From positions 248,001 through 312,000 of the forward strand of contig NW_003314363.1 in assembly GCF_000143415.4 (NCBI RefSeq): 64,000 nucleotides of DNA. The letters run 5' to 3'. The stretch's first letter is position 1; every line of letters starts with the position of its first letter. Source of the stretch: Selaginella moellendorffii (taxonomy: Eukaryota > Plantae > Lycopodiophyta). Under the pieces are notes generated by a model that was not told where the DNA came from, did no database searches, and worked only from the letters and a program-made list of their open reading frames with translations. Shown here piece by piece: positions 1 through 12,832 of the stretch. Both the position numbers and the translations under genes were made by a program.

Positions 1-1005
1 CTTCCAGGTTGTCAACCACGGCCTCGACTGCGACTTGATAACTCAGTCCCTCCGGGCTTCCAAGGATTTTTTCGATCTCTCCATGGAAGAGAAGATGAAA
101 GTGAGACCCCCTCCAGGAACTTGTCCCGTGCCCATGGGATTCTGTCACAACAGTGGAATTGACGGCCTTGTGGAGAGAAAGGAACATCTTTTCTTCTTCG
201 CTGAGGATGGATCACCGACGAAGTCACCTGACAGTTTCTCGAAGTACAACGTTTGGCCGGTAAAGCCACAAAACTTCTGGTAAGACCTCTACTGTTCTTC
301 TTTCTTCTTTCTTTCTTAGTCTCTGGGATTGATCGCAGCTCAATTGTCCGCGAGCGACTTATTGTCGAGGGCCAGAGAACAGCGATTTTCCTGCTGAGTC
401 TTATTTCCCGGAGCTTGGGACTGCCGGATAACTTCCTGTACGAGCACTACAAGGAGAAGATGAACGCTCTCATCATGCTCTTCTACCCGGTTTCAGACAT
501 CCCGGAAGACATCGGCCTCCACAAGCACCAAGATGGGAACATTCTCAGCGTGGTGGCACAGAACGAGACCGAGGGACTCCAGGTCTTGAAGGACGACAAG
601 TGGATCACAGTCAAGCCACGGACGGGGAGCTTGGTTGTCAACGTTGGCGACATTGTCCAGGTATGCTTTTCTTCTTCGTGATCTCCATTCTTTCATGCTT
701 AGAAATTCATGGAGCTTTTACTTTGTCTCCCTCAGGTGTGGAGCAACGACAGATACAAAAGCGTCCAGCACCGAGTCATCAACAACGATCAAAACGTCCG
801 CTACTCGTTCGCCTTCTCCTGTGTTCCTGGAGTGAGCACACTGGTAGCTCCGCTCCCGCAGTTCACTAGCGAGATCCAGCAGGCCCCGCGCTACCGGGAG
901 TTCCAGTATGGGGAGTACATGATGTACAGATTCGAGAACAAGAAGATCGTATCCAAGAACTCGGAGGAGATCACCATCAAGTACTATTCAACCGCAGAGG
1001 AGTAA
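1..1005 (+). CDS. 2-oxoglutarate/Fe(II)-dependent dioxygenase (plant DOXC class), 5'-partial; exons <1-279, 339-660, 736-1005
   Basis: Frame 2 starts FQVVNHG (DIOX_N). GT-AG introns 280-338 (59 bp) and 661-735 (75 bp) keep the frame. Iron ligands HQD (LHKHQDGNILSVV) and H (SVQHRV), the VVNVGDIVQVWSND motif, the 2OG-binding RYS motif and a TAA stop at 1003-1005 are all present. Substrate cannot be assigned. Confidence 0.93.
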
Positions 1006-3121
1006 AGATCGCAAGAACAGGAGACACAAGCAGAAGAAAGAAGAAGAAGAAAATCAATGTTAATTATCTGTCGACAGCAACAGGGATAAATCTAACAAAA
1101 AGACACGGGTTATGTTTTTAGGCCGTATTCTTTCTTGTCCGAAAACTTGGCATGACGTCGTGTTTCAGGTGTCCAGAGAGACAGGCATTCTTCCCAAAGA
1201 TGGCGTGACCACCACCGCCACACCGCTTTGCGGTAGGACAGAAGCTTTTCTATTTTATTTTCTCCCTCTCTCAGGCGCAAACGCGAAAGAAAAAGATGGC
1301 AATTTGGAGGAAGCGTCTGCTTGAGAAATCATGAGTAGCATCTCTCTGATGGGGGAAAAAGGGGGAAGAAAGGAAAAAAAACGAAAGAGCTTTGGTTCAA
1401 GAGCTTTGTAGGAGAACCAGCCATTGAGAATCCAAGTGCCTTCCTTACATGCTCCGAGTAAATGGAAGCTCCTTTTGATTCGCTTTCATGGTATACAAAT
1501 GAACACGACACGGCACAAACAATACACAACACAAAGACGCACACGAAACATGCACTGACAAGGCTGGCACAATCTTTTTGACGAGACCCACCTTCCTTGC
1601 TACCGGGCCAAAAAGAAGTTACATTATATAGATATGATCAAGTGGCTCACTGGATATCCAGAAACTCGCATCCCTGTTATGCTAATGGAGGACCATGGGA
1701 ATGATCATCCCCAAAACAGATTGCATGCACCTCGTTTCCAGAGCCAAAGAAAAAATTAGTGGACAAAACCCTCTACCCAAAGACTTTGAAGCATTATTAT
1801 AGAATTTGTAAAGATGCTTGGTTCCATCCTCAGGGATGAGCCATCTCATTGCCATGTCTTTCCATGTCACTTATCTCAGTAGTGGCAACCTCTTTATACA
1901 TGGAAGCAAGAAAAAATAGAGTCAAAGTTCTTCAACTTCCTGATGAACAGCAAGTGCTTCAATGGTGGTTTTCCATTGACATGACAAGAACAATTTCCAA
2001 AGCTCCAAGTGAGGAAAGTTATGATTCATGAATAATAGACATTCTCCCTAGATTATTTTTGTTTTTATAAATTAATAATAAATCTCACAAAACTAAGCTA
2101 CTAGTCCTAGCTTTCATATCACTCAGTCATTTCAAATTATTTTTATCTATTTTCCCTTTATCCATTTTATATTTTACTTTTTTCATGAAATTTCTCGAAA
2201 TATTAATAGAAATAGAAAAACTTAAATAATTAATGCAAGATTATCCTCAGATTTAAATATCAAAAAATTCTTATTCAAATCATATTCTTAATTTTATTAT
2301 TATCATGCATTACATCTCATTTTTCACAGGTGAGTCTTGATTTTGTTTTTCTTTCATCATATCTTACATACAGATATTTACATTTTTCATTGCACTATAG
2401 TTTTATTCATTGCTTTATTAGCTTATATTGAACATGGCTAAAGGATTTTTGAAAATGAAGTTAATTATATTTCTAAATTATAAATATTAATCATACTAAG
2501 ATGCCAAGATAATATATTATTTATATATATTAGCTATTGGATAAACTTGCCACTGAAAAGACTAAAATATTTTTAAAATTAAATTAAAGAGAATAAAAAT
2601 TAGATTAATATATTATGGTGAACAAAAAGCTCAAATGGAAAGTGGAAAAGCTTCATAGACTTATGAATTACCATTAGCAATATGATATAATATAAAGTCC
2701 AAATTTTTCTTCCAAGGACATAACAAAAATCTAGAGTATATACCATTCAAAATAAAGGAATTCTGGGTAAATCCTCAAAAGTATATACATACAAATTTTT
2801 TTTTAACTTTATCTAAAACAAAATAAGTATGAGTATTTAGTGATAAAGATGGAAATATTTCATATTATAATAATAATAAATAAATAAATAATTTATAACA
2901 TTATTTATTTAGTAAAATAGAAATTTATCTTCCTTCTTATTATGATTCAAAACTATGCTAAAAATTCTGAATTCTTCAAACTCTAAAATTTTATCAAACT
3001 TAATACACATTATAAAATTATATATGGCCTAACGCAAGGATATAGAGATTCCACTAGCTAATATGGTATGGAACTTAAGCCTTATATGCAGAATAAAGAC
3101 AAGCACGTAAGCCTATTCTTG

Positions 3122-3392
3122 TCATTGGATATTACATGTTAGTGATAGTAAGAGTTTTGTCTTTGTCAATATGGATGCCTTATTTACAAACGAAGTGTCA
3201 AATAGAACTCCAGACTTGATAAAGAAAATGGATTTCTTAGGATTTAAGGCAATGTTTTTTTCTTGACATCTGAAGCATTTCTTGAGACAATAAATATAAT
3301 ATTCTTTACTGCTAAAAACACTAAAGTCATCCATGAAAACTTATATGAATTTGGTGAGGTATTCTCTAAAAGTGTCAGTAATGATTCTTTTG
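3122..3392 (-). pseudogene. Degenerate Ty3/gypsy reverse-transcriptase fragment (middle piece of element D)
   Basis: Minus strand reads RIITDTFREYLTKFI*VFMDDFSVFSSKE...CLKKCF...IALNPKK, matching RAVTAAFQPYMRTSMEVFLDDFSVFG...LEKCF...MSLNPYK in element E. Confidence 0.85.
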
Positions 3393-3831
3393 TGTAGCAC
3401 ACGTGGTTTTCACCCTTTATCCTATGAGGATTTACTATAGAATAACCACAAAGTAGAATCTAAACCCTCTATATGCCATGTGCTACATGCCATATGCCAC
3501 ATGTCCAAAAACAGTGGAATGGAACCCAAGTTTCAAGGCATTAGGCTATTGAATGAAACTTGCAGCTAAGGAGTGAAGAATCAGAGCACAAAGTGACTCC
3601 CAAACGTTCAGCTCAAAAAGTGAAGGGACAGGAGCACGGAACGACATTGGAGTAGTCTTAAAACTTCTAGCATCCCAATGCTAGGACTAGTATGTAAAAC
3701 AAAGCTAAACAAAGCTTAGCACTATTTTAGCATACTGGTGGCCTAACGTAAAAATACGTGTACTCCATTAGTTAGGATAATATGGAACTTGGGATTAAAC
3801 TTAAGTTAAATATAGAACAAGGATAGGCATG

Positions 3832-4630
3832 TGTAAGCTCTTGAATTTGGATTTCCCGGGAAGTCACTTAGCCTAATACTATTCAAACCTAAGGACACTT
3901 AACACCAAGTATCCTAAGACCTTTAACTGATTGGAAAAAGGGGTGCACTTTTGTTCATGGGCCCTTTTTTTTATATTTGAACCTTATGGATTGTCTCTCA
4001 AATTGTTTTCTTTGGTTGCTTACAATCCACCACACTTCTCTGCAAGTTCATACCCTTGTGAACGGAAGCTCCTAGCCTAGTACTATTCAAACCCAAATAC
4101 GCTTAACACTAAATATTCCAAGACCCTTAACTGATTGGAAAAAAGGGTGCACTCTTGTTCATGGGCTCTTTCCTTCTATATTTAAACCCCATGGATCATC
4201 TCTCAAATCGTTTTCTTTGGTTGTTTATAATCTACCACACTTCCCTGCAAGTTCATGCCCTCATGAACGGAAGCTAAGAGCCGAAGCTCTCTCGAGAGCC
4301 CTACTCTCTTGATACCCTACCCCTTTGGTCAAGCCCAACTGGAGCATATTGGACCCTTGTGAGATGTCAATTAACATATGGTGTGATTCCCTTAGCTAAT
4401 CAATAAAGTCGGACTCGAGACCTCTCTAATACCAAATGTAAGTTCATAAATTTGGACTTCTTAGGAGGTCATCCAGCCTAGTATTATTCAAACCTAAGGA
4501 TGTTTAACCCCAAATATCCTAAGACCCTTAACCGATTAGAAAAAATGGTGCACTCTTGTTTATGGGCCCTTTCTCTCTATATTTAAATCCTATGGATCAT
4601 CTTTCAAGTTGTTTTTTTTCGTTGTTTACA
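3832..4630 (-). mobile_element. Cassandra TRIM, tandem array (LTR 3832-4024, partial LTR ~4071-4229, LTR 4437-4630)
   Basis: ~195-bp LTRs TGTAAG...TACA with a 5S-rRNA-like segment. Degenerate Met PBS (ctctaatacca) lies next to 4437. Flanks GCATG/ACATA are a plausibly degenerate TSD. Confidence 0.85.
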
Positions 4631-4685
4631 ACATATAAGTGGGAGCTACACTATGTCTTAAATTGGTTAGCCATACTTAACCTAT

Positions 4686-7600
4686 TGTAAGCGACTAAAT
4701 TTTTCCATTCTACTTTAGTCACTTAACCACACCTCTGACCACTTGGAGGAGTCTCATTCACAACCTCCATAAGTTCAATCTAGGACTTGGGACTTGCTAG
4801 CCCCGAGAATGGCATCCATGCCACTCAACCTTAGCACTTGGTCCAAGTGCTCCACGTGTCCGATCCCATGATCGACACCCCAAGGTACCACTGACGTATC
4901 GGCCCGTTACGCTAAGGCCATGCCCAATTACCTTGGTCACACTAGTGGTCCAACACCACCTGCATTCCAATCCCGTCTCTCAAAGACTGGGTCATTCGTC
5001 CAGGAGGGATCATCCCAGATCCACTCCTTGACATTCTTAGGATGCCTACAGACATGGGGAATAGCCTTCCCCAATATCTCTGTTCCGGTCCCCACCAAGT
5101 CCCTTTCTGTCCTTGGCTGTGTTCGCCGACACTGCCATTGGATCAAGGCCCACCGGCCCGACCACTAAGTCCCACTATCCTCGAGGACTTCCTCACTGTG
5201 TGACTGTATCCTTGGTCACTACCCCAGAGGACTGCTCCTCTTCCTTTCCACAGTCTGGGCCTTTGGGACAACATTTCGGAACACCGTGGCCTTACGCGAG
5301 CCACCTGGGTACTCTCCTCGCCTTCTGCCCTTGGGTGCTCTAGCCATGGGCTTAGAGCGGGTTCCGTTGAGCCACACCAGGTATCCAAGTAGGTAGTGCC
5401 ACCCACACTTGGATTGGGAGCATCGGCCAGTCGATCTCCCGGGGGAACTAAAGCCGGCTCTTGAACACTTCACCAAGCTACCCCACTTGTCGGTCCGTGT
5501 TCACTCTAGCCTTGGACTTCCCAGTGGGCAGCTCATTACCCAACATTGGGTCCGGCCTTCCTGGGCCAAACTGGCCTTTCCTGGCCAAACTGGCTCCACT
5601 GCAGTCCTCCCCCCTACTATACTTTTGGAGCTCACCAAACCCCCCAGGGTCTGGGAGACGAACGCTTTGGGCTTTCACCCTCTCAGGCTCCGGACTCGGA
5701 CTCGGACTCGGACTCGGACTCGGACTCGGATTCAGACTCGGACTCGGGCTCGGGCTCGGTCTCGGCCTCGGCCTCGGTCTCGGTCTCGGTCCCGGTCTCG
5801 GTCCCGGTCTCGGTCCCGGTCTCGGTCTCGACTTCGGACTCCATCTCGGACTCCACTTCGGACTCCAACTCGGGTCCATCTCGGGTCCATCTCGGACTCC
5901 ACTTCGGACTCCATCTCGGACTCCATCTCGGGCTCCATCTCGGACTCCATCTCGGGTCCATCTCGGGTCCATCTCGGACTCCATCTCGGACTCCATCTCG
6001 GGTCCATCTCGGACTCCATCTCGGACTCCATCTCGGGTCCATCTCGGACTCCATCTCGGACTCCATTTCGGGTCCATCTCGGGTCCACCTCGGACTCCAT
6101 CTCGGACTCCATCTCAGACTTGACTTCGGACTCCAACTCGGGTCCATCTCGGACTCCACTTCGGACTCCAACTCGAGTCCATCTCGGACACTCCCACGTG
6201 TCATGTGTTGGTCCTTTTGGGTCCCTTTTTGGAGCCTCGCCTTTTGCTCGCTTCGTGCTCGTTCCTCAAGCACTTTGTTGGGAGTTCCACTCCCACTCTT
6301 GACTTTTCAAGTCGGAGCTTTTGGTCCAAACGTGTTACGCTCGTTTGGCTCTCGCTTCGGCCACTACCATGTGGCACCCTTCCGGCTCCACTTTGGGGCC
6401 TAGGGATTTTGTGTCTCACAACTCCACCACCCATAGACGAAGTTCGATGTCCTCATCGAACGGTAAACCCTTTCATAAAGTAACACCCACACGTGTTACC
6501 ATTTCCATCCTTGGCACCTAGCCAATCTTTGTCTATGGTTTGACACCAAAGGCCCACCATGCCTTGTCCATCCTTTAAGGAGCATAGTCTCTCCAACTTA
6601 GAGACTGATTGGACCACATTTAATTGTTCTCTCCTTTTATTGGTTTAGTTCTCACTAAACCTCTTAGAGACCCTTCTCTAAGTCAATCCCACTACTCCTT
6701 CTCGAGTAGTCTCAATTTCCATCGATATAACCTTTGCACTTTGGAACTTTGAATTTTGACTTCTTGGAGTCAATTTCCTAGGTGTCTCCAACACCTTGCC
6801 TTGCACCTTTTGTGCAACTCCACTTCCCATCCTAGGAAGTTCTCTACTCGAGGGCACCATCATCCTCTCTTCTATTTCGTGCCAAAGTTCCAGTTATCAT
6901 ACTTTGTGCTAGGGCTGTTCATGGCCCTATCATTTGGCTACCTTACCGCTCCCTCCCTTGGAGCTTCCACTTTCGCCAAATCGGAGCATTTCGGAATCCC
7001 TCTTTGGAAACACACTTCCTTTCCCGCAACTTGTTAGCGTCCAACACATTAGTGTTCCTCGCCTAACTTTGTCACTTGGATTCCTTCCAAGGGATTCCAC
7101 GGCCCTATCTTGGCCACTCATCTTTTGCTCCTATCCGTTGATTGTTGCACCAAGCAACATCGAATCTCTACCTCCCTCCTTGAGGTATTGTTTCGGTTCC
7201 ATAGTAAAGACTCTTCTTTGCCAAGTCCGGAGGATGTTCACCCCTAGTACGTCTTTTTAGCATCTTCTGTTATGGGCTCTATCCACGGCCCAACTTCGTG
7301 ACCCTCTCATGGGTCTTTTATAGAGACTACTTTCCTCGGACTCACTATGCCATCGCATGGACATAGTTTATTTCCCTTAGGTGCTCTTCCCACTTGGTCA
7401 TCACGACCAAGCCACACCACCTTAAACAGTTCAATTTCAACATTTTGAACCAGGAACTTCATTCCTTAGCCAACCAAGGACCTTGTCCTTATCTGGCCAT
7501 AAGATCACCTAGTGATCTCACCTTGGCACCTTAACAGAGTTGCCAAGAGGTACTTGGTCTTCTAGACCTCCAAGTTGTTGACTATAACCCCGGGGGCATC

Positions 7601-10600
7601 CCCCACACTTGGCGGTGCACCCAAGCTAGCCCTTACGGCCAAGGGTTCATAGCAATTGAGATTAGGTGTCCCCATCTCACTCACCACGACCTTGGTGCCA
7701 CTTGCACCAAAGTGTTCAAGTTAGATATGCTGAGCTTTCACACTAAGCAATCTAACCGTGCATCACAACTCCGAGGCATCCCTCGCTTGGTGGTGTGCCC
7801 AAACCAGTCTCCCCACTGAGAGTCCATGACCACCGAAATATGAGTGTCCTCATATTCCAAACCATCACCACGCCCTAGTGATTTGGGACTCGAACCCAAG
7901 CACTAGAGGGTCGGGACTCGAACCCAACCTCCGTATATGCATCTACGGACGGCATCACACAAGATGCCTGACGTGACTCCCCACGCCAGTGCACCAACTT
8001 ATTTTTAAAGCACGCTACAGATCATAGCTTAGGAACCTAGTTCCTCCACACTGCCAAGTCCTCTCACTTGACATGTCTGTGATCATGCATGGACTCCTCC
8101 ATGCTCGGCCCCATGGCCCACCCTTTTTGAAGTTATCACCTTCAACTAGGGTATTTGTTCCCCCAACGTGCCAATCTCGCTTGGCAAGTCCTCCGACCAC
8201 TGTAACATGGTTCCTGCATAAGCGTAAAAGTCCTTGACCATCGACTTTCGTTCAAAGCCCTCTCTTTGAACACTCGGGAACTACTTCCCTAACCTTGATA
8301 GCCTTGCCTCATGGCAAGCTTCAAGACCACGCTTCTGCTGCGCCACTCTGATTTCGCGCGTTCCATGAACCATTTACACTTGGCCTTTTTAGGTACTAAG
8401 CTACCTAGAATCGTCTTTGGGAACCTTGAAGGAACTCTGTCCCTTAGCTTGTTAAGGCCTCCCTTTTTGCAAGCCTTCCAAATGCCACATAGTCTAACAT
8501 GGACAATTCCATATTTTAGACTCTCCATGGCATCAGGGTTGCTAGCGGCAACACCCTCAAGCCCCCACTTGATTCTCCACTCCCAGCTGGCATAACCAAC
8601 CTTGGTTATGCCCTTTGATTCCTACGGTTCGATTTTATCCCCTTACTTCTTGCTTTTTGGCTTCACACCTTTCCTTTGGTCATTCTCCTCCAAACCAGGA
8701 GGATAACTTTGCACTTTCTATCATGCCTTAGCAAGGATTCCTAGGGATGAACCAACCCAATAGCCCAGGGAGTGGTTCCTCAATCCGGGTATACTCACCT
8801 TGTAACCCCACACACTGGGATTACATTGTTGCTTATGGGCCTTTACATGCCCATCACTAGCCTTGCCAAAGTTCTATTTTTGGCTTTGTCCAACTCGGGC
8901 AGACAGTCTTCTTCTGTCTCCGCAACCTTGGACATTTGGATAGCACCTTCTATCCATCATTCGCTAGGGACTTAGTCCCTTGGGCTTTATCCATTGCCCT
9001 CACAACATCAAACACCACCTTCTGGTGTTCTAGAGTGTTTGGGTGTCCCAATGATGGCTTTCTTGACAATGAATATTTCCTTTTATGACATTGACTTACT
9101 ATATCGCAACACAAGCAACTTATCCCCCGTAAGGGTATATCCAACTTCCTTATGCTATTAAGAAGTCTTGGGTAGCTACCTTCTACCCGTTTAACTAGTT
9201 ATTTTGCACCTCTTGCTTAGTTGCCTCATAGTTGTCAAGTCCTACAACTCATTGCTTGGTGCTTTCACACCTCCATCATTATCTGGGTCACCACACTCCA
9301 ATTGCATGCTCTGCAGCTTAGGCTATGCTATTCCCATTTCCATTGGGATTCCTTTGGCAAGGGATTCTCATGAACCCACCAACATAGCCTCAAGGTATCA
9401 CACCTGCACATTTGGTGTCTCCACACCATCGGCTCCACGAGCCTACCTCTATGACATTTCCCCTTCGTGTCTAAGTCTTTGCCAAGACCAACACCGCTCT
9501 TTCTCAGGCCAACCATCCGTTAGCACTGCACCATAGAGGTCCCACACAACTTCGTGTCAAAGTTGTTTTCTTCTGGGAACACCTTTCCCATAACTTTAGC
9601 ATCACACACTTTGCCATCGATGAGATACCCTCTGTTCTCATCCTTGGATCCTATGATCCCCCCCCATCCTTCATGGGGTACAACACACCTCAGTCCAAAT
9701 GCTTCCGTCAGTCCTTTTAGGACCATCCCTTGACTCTACTTGAGTCATCTAGCAGTTTTGGACTTGGTTAATCCACAGACCTGTAAGGTCCTACTTGTGA
9801 GGCACTAGCTCACTGGAATACACTTCTTGCATTCCTGTCCTACTCAAAAGGACTATTTTCACAAGTGTTACTCCGACACTTGATTTTGTTCTCTAGGGGC
9901 AACCTTTGCCCCTTAGGACTACTTGTCCATGTGATGAGAACACCAACTCATCCACTTAATACACCCCCAACTCCTTGGGTTGTTCCAGCATTTATTAGAG
10001 GTAGCCCCGACTACCACTTCAAGGACTTGAGTCCTCTTCCGTATTTGACCTCCCATGGTCATTACTTCTGGTCTCACATTCATGAGCACCAACCTCAACT
10101 GAGGAAAATCTTGTGACTCCTTTATTGTTTTGGAGTCTCTATCTTTCCCGTGATCCCAACTTTAGTTGTTTACCACAACAACCTTAGCCAATTTGCTGAG
10201 ACAAATGCTCATCCAGATCACATCCTCAACTCAATGAGGAAAACCTTGCATTGTTCCCAAGATCCCAAAGTCGTTCCATTATTGGCCCCTTTTCTATCCA
10301 CCACCTTGTCTACAAGTTCACACATGAACTGTAATGGAGAGCCATGTCTTCCCGACCTGCTACTCCTCAAGGATAGGCCCACTTCTCGGACCTTCCGTTG
10401 CCAACACCAGTGGTGATATACTTGAGCACCAATAAAAGTCGGACTAAGGAACAGCTCCGATACCAAGTTGTAAGCGACTAAATTTTTTCATTCTACTTTA
10501 GTCACTTAAGCACACCTCTGACCACTTGGAGGAGTCTCATTCACAACCTCCATAAGTCCAATCTAGGACTTGGGACTTGCTAGCCCCGAGAATGGCATCC

Positions 10601-11774
10601 ATGCCACTCAACCTTAGCACTTGGTCCAAGTGCTCCACGTGTCCGATCCCATGATCGACACCCCAAGGTACCACTGACGTATCAGCCCGTTACGCTAAGG
10701 CCATGCCCAATTACCTCGGTCACACTAGTGGTCCAACACCACCTGCATTCCAATCCCGTCTCTCAAAGACTGGGTCATCCGTCCAGGAGGGATCATCCCA
10801 GATCCACTCCTTGACATCCTTAGGATGCCTACAGACATGGGGAATAGCCTTCCCCAATATCTCTGTTCCGGTCCCCACCAAGTCCCTTTCTGTCCTTGGT
10901 TGTGTTCGCCGACACTGCCATTGGATCAAGGCCCACCAGCTCGACCACTAAGTCCCACTATCCTCGAGGACTTCCTCACTGTGTGACTGTGTCCTTGGTC
11001 ACTACCCGAGAGGACTGCTCCTCTTCCTTTCCACAGTCTGGGCCTTTGGGACAACATTTCGGAACACCGTGGCCTTACGCGAGCCACCTGGGTACTCTCC
11101 TCGCCTTCTGCCCTTGGGTGCTCTAGCCATGGGCTTAGAGCGGGTTCCGTTGAGCCACACCAGGTATCCAAGTAGGTAGTGCCACCCACACTTGGATTGG
11201 GAGCATCGGCCAGTCGATCTCCCGGGGGAACTAAAGCCGGCTCTTGAACACTTCACCAAGCTACCCCGCTTGTCGGTCCGTGTTCACTCTAGCCTTGGAC
11301 TTCCCAGTGGGCAGCTCATCACCCAACACTGGGTCCGGCCTTCCTGGGCCAAACTGGCCTTTCCTGGCCAAACTGGCTCCACTGCAGTCCTCCCCCCTAC
11401 TATACTTTTGGAGCTCACCAAACCCCCCAGGGTCTGGGAGACGAACGCTTTGGGCTTTCACCCTCTCAGGCTCCGGACTCGGACTCGGACTCGGACTCGG
11501 ATTCGGACTCCACTTCGGACTCCAACTTGAGTCCATCTCGGACACTCCCACGTGTCATGTGTTGGTCCTTTTGGGTCCCTTTTTGGAGCCTCGCCTTTTG
11601 CTTGCTTCGTGCTCGTTCCTCGAGCACTTTGTTGGGAGTTCCACTCCCACTCTTGACTTTTCAAGTCGGAGCTTTTGGTCCAAACGTGTTACGCTCGTTT
11701 GGCTCTCGCTTCGGCCACTACCATGTGGCGCCCTTCCGGCTCCACTTTGGGGCCTAGGGATTTTGTGTCTCACA
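4686..11774 (-). mobile_element. Non-autonomous (LARD-like) LTR retrotransposon A1; 3' LTR 4686-6420, 5' LTR 10469-11774
   Basis: TG...CA LTR ends and a perfect 5-bp TSD CCTAT (4681-4685 / 11775-11779). PBS TGGTATCGGAGC (tRNA-iMet-like) at ~10454-10465; PPT-like GGGTGGTGGAGT at 6421-6432. The 4-kb interior has no long ORF, only gag-like remnants (GSWEQCKVFL). Confidence 0.92.
5691..6189. repeat. Minisatellite inside family-A LTR: (GGACTC)n/(GGTCTC)n followed by mixed GGACTCCATCTC / GGGTCCATCTC units
   Basis: Directly visible. ~500 bp here, ~70 bp at 11474-11542 and ~700 bp at 17429-18132. Confidence 0.95.
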
Positions 11775-11815
11775 CCTATGCACTATCTTACTATACATTT
11801 TGAACCCCCCGCAGC

Positions 11816-12832
11816 CAAGGGTAGTAGAGCAAAACCCGAGTTCAATACTTTGAGCTAAACTCTTGAGCATATAGTCAAGGAGCAAAGGAACCAAAGTACA
11901 GAATGACTCTTGAGCATTTAGCTCAAGGAGCAAAAGCACGGAGTGACTTCTAAGTATATATCCTAAGGAGTGAGAGACATGTTCATAGAACGACGTTGGA
12001 ATAGTTCTAAAGCTTCCAGCATCCTAATGCCAGGACTAACATGTAAAATGGAGCTAAATGGAGTTTAGCACTATTTCAACATATTGGTGGCCTAACGCAA
12101 GGATATACTAATTAGTATGGTATGGAACTTGAGCTTTAAATGCAAAACAAGGACAGGCATACAAGCATGAGCTAAAATATACCTCAAGTTGATTGGTTAT
12201 GTTTGACCTACCTACTATCCCTACTATACATTTAAAACCCCCCACAACCACCCTTCCATGAATACATGCTTTGGGCTTTCACCCTAGTCCCAGGAGTTAG
12301 TCTCTAGGACAATTACAATAACTTATTGAATAGAGAATGGTGCTAGATTATAAAGTTTGAAGCAGAAATAACACTGTTGTGTTCAAGACAATTTCTACAC
12401 TTTGTAGATATGCCCAACTAGCAAATTTAGGCATTTTTCATAAATAGTCAATGGGACTAAAATGGAACCAACACAAGAGGCATGATAGCAAGAGTGTTTA
12501 ACAAATATAGTAAATTATCATTTGGCGATATTGAGGGACTAAAACTCAATATGTAAAGGTTTTTATCACTAACTAGTGTAAGACACAACAAGATGGGAAC
12601 TCCTCACCAGGTTAAGTATGCTTAATTAATAGTATATAGGAATTTTGTCTTTATGGTCATTCGGTCTAAATACACTCAAAATGCTTAGTTAATTCCACTA
12701 GTACAAAAGGGACTGATAAAGGGTCTAGCAATATCAACCTTATGCCATCGTACCAGTAAGGAAAGAATATCCAAAAAGACTCAACAGCAGGTAACTTTCG
12801 ATACCCACAGTTACAATTATGACACTCTCCCT
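11816..12832 (-). mobile_element. Second family-B LTR (missing its first ~100-150 bp in + coordinates), ending 12824, with adjacent PPT
   Basis: Colinear with 32288-33422. Ends ...ttcgatacccacagttacaattatgaca followed by ctctccct (reverse-complement PPT). Confidence 0.75.

Larger units (their letters stand above)
3393..11815 (-). mobile_element. Family-B LTR (partial, ~540 bp net), interrupted by a Cassandra array (3832-4630) and element A1 (4686-11774)
   Basis: Starts TGTAGCACACGTGGTTTTCACCCTTTATCCTATG, like the LTR at 32288. LTR sequence resumes after each nested insertion. Confidence 0.8.

Noticed and set aside
1640-2040. Coding-like fragment, possibly Copia gag or a transposase remnant
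   Set aside because: No convincing motif in any frame; left unannotated.
5409-6403. Overlapping long ORFs with RS/SD/GL dipeptide repeats (also 11192-11858 and 17148-18398) resembling SR or structural proteins
   Set aside because: They arise because the LTR minisatellite has no stop codons in any frame; lengths and frames differ between LTR copies.
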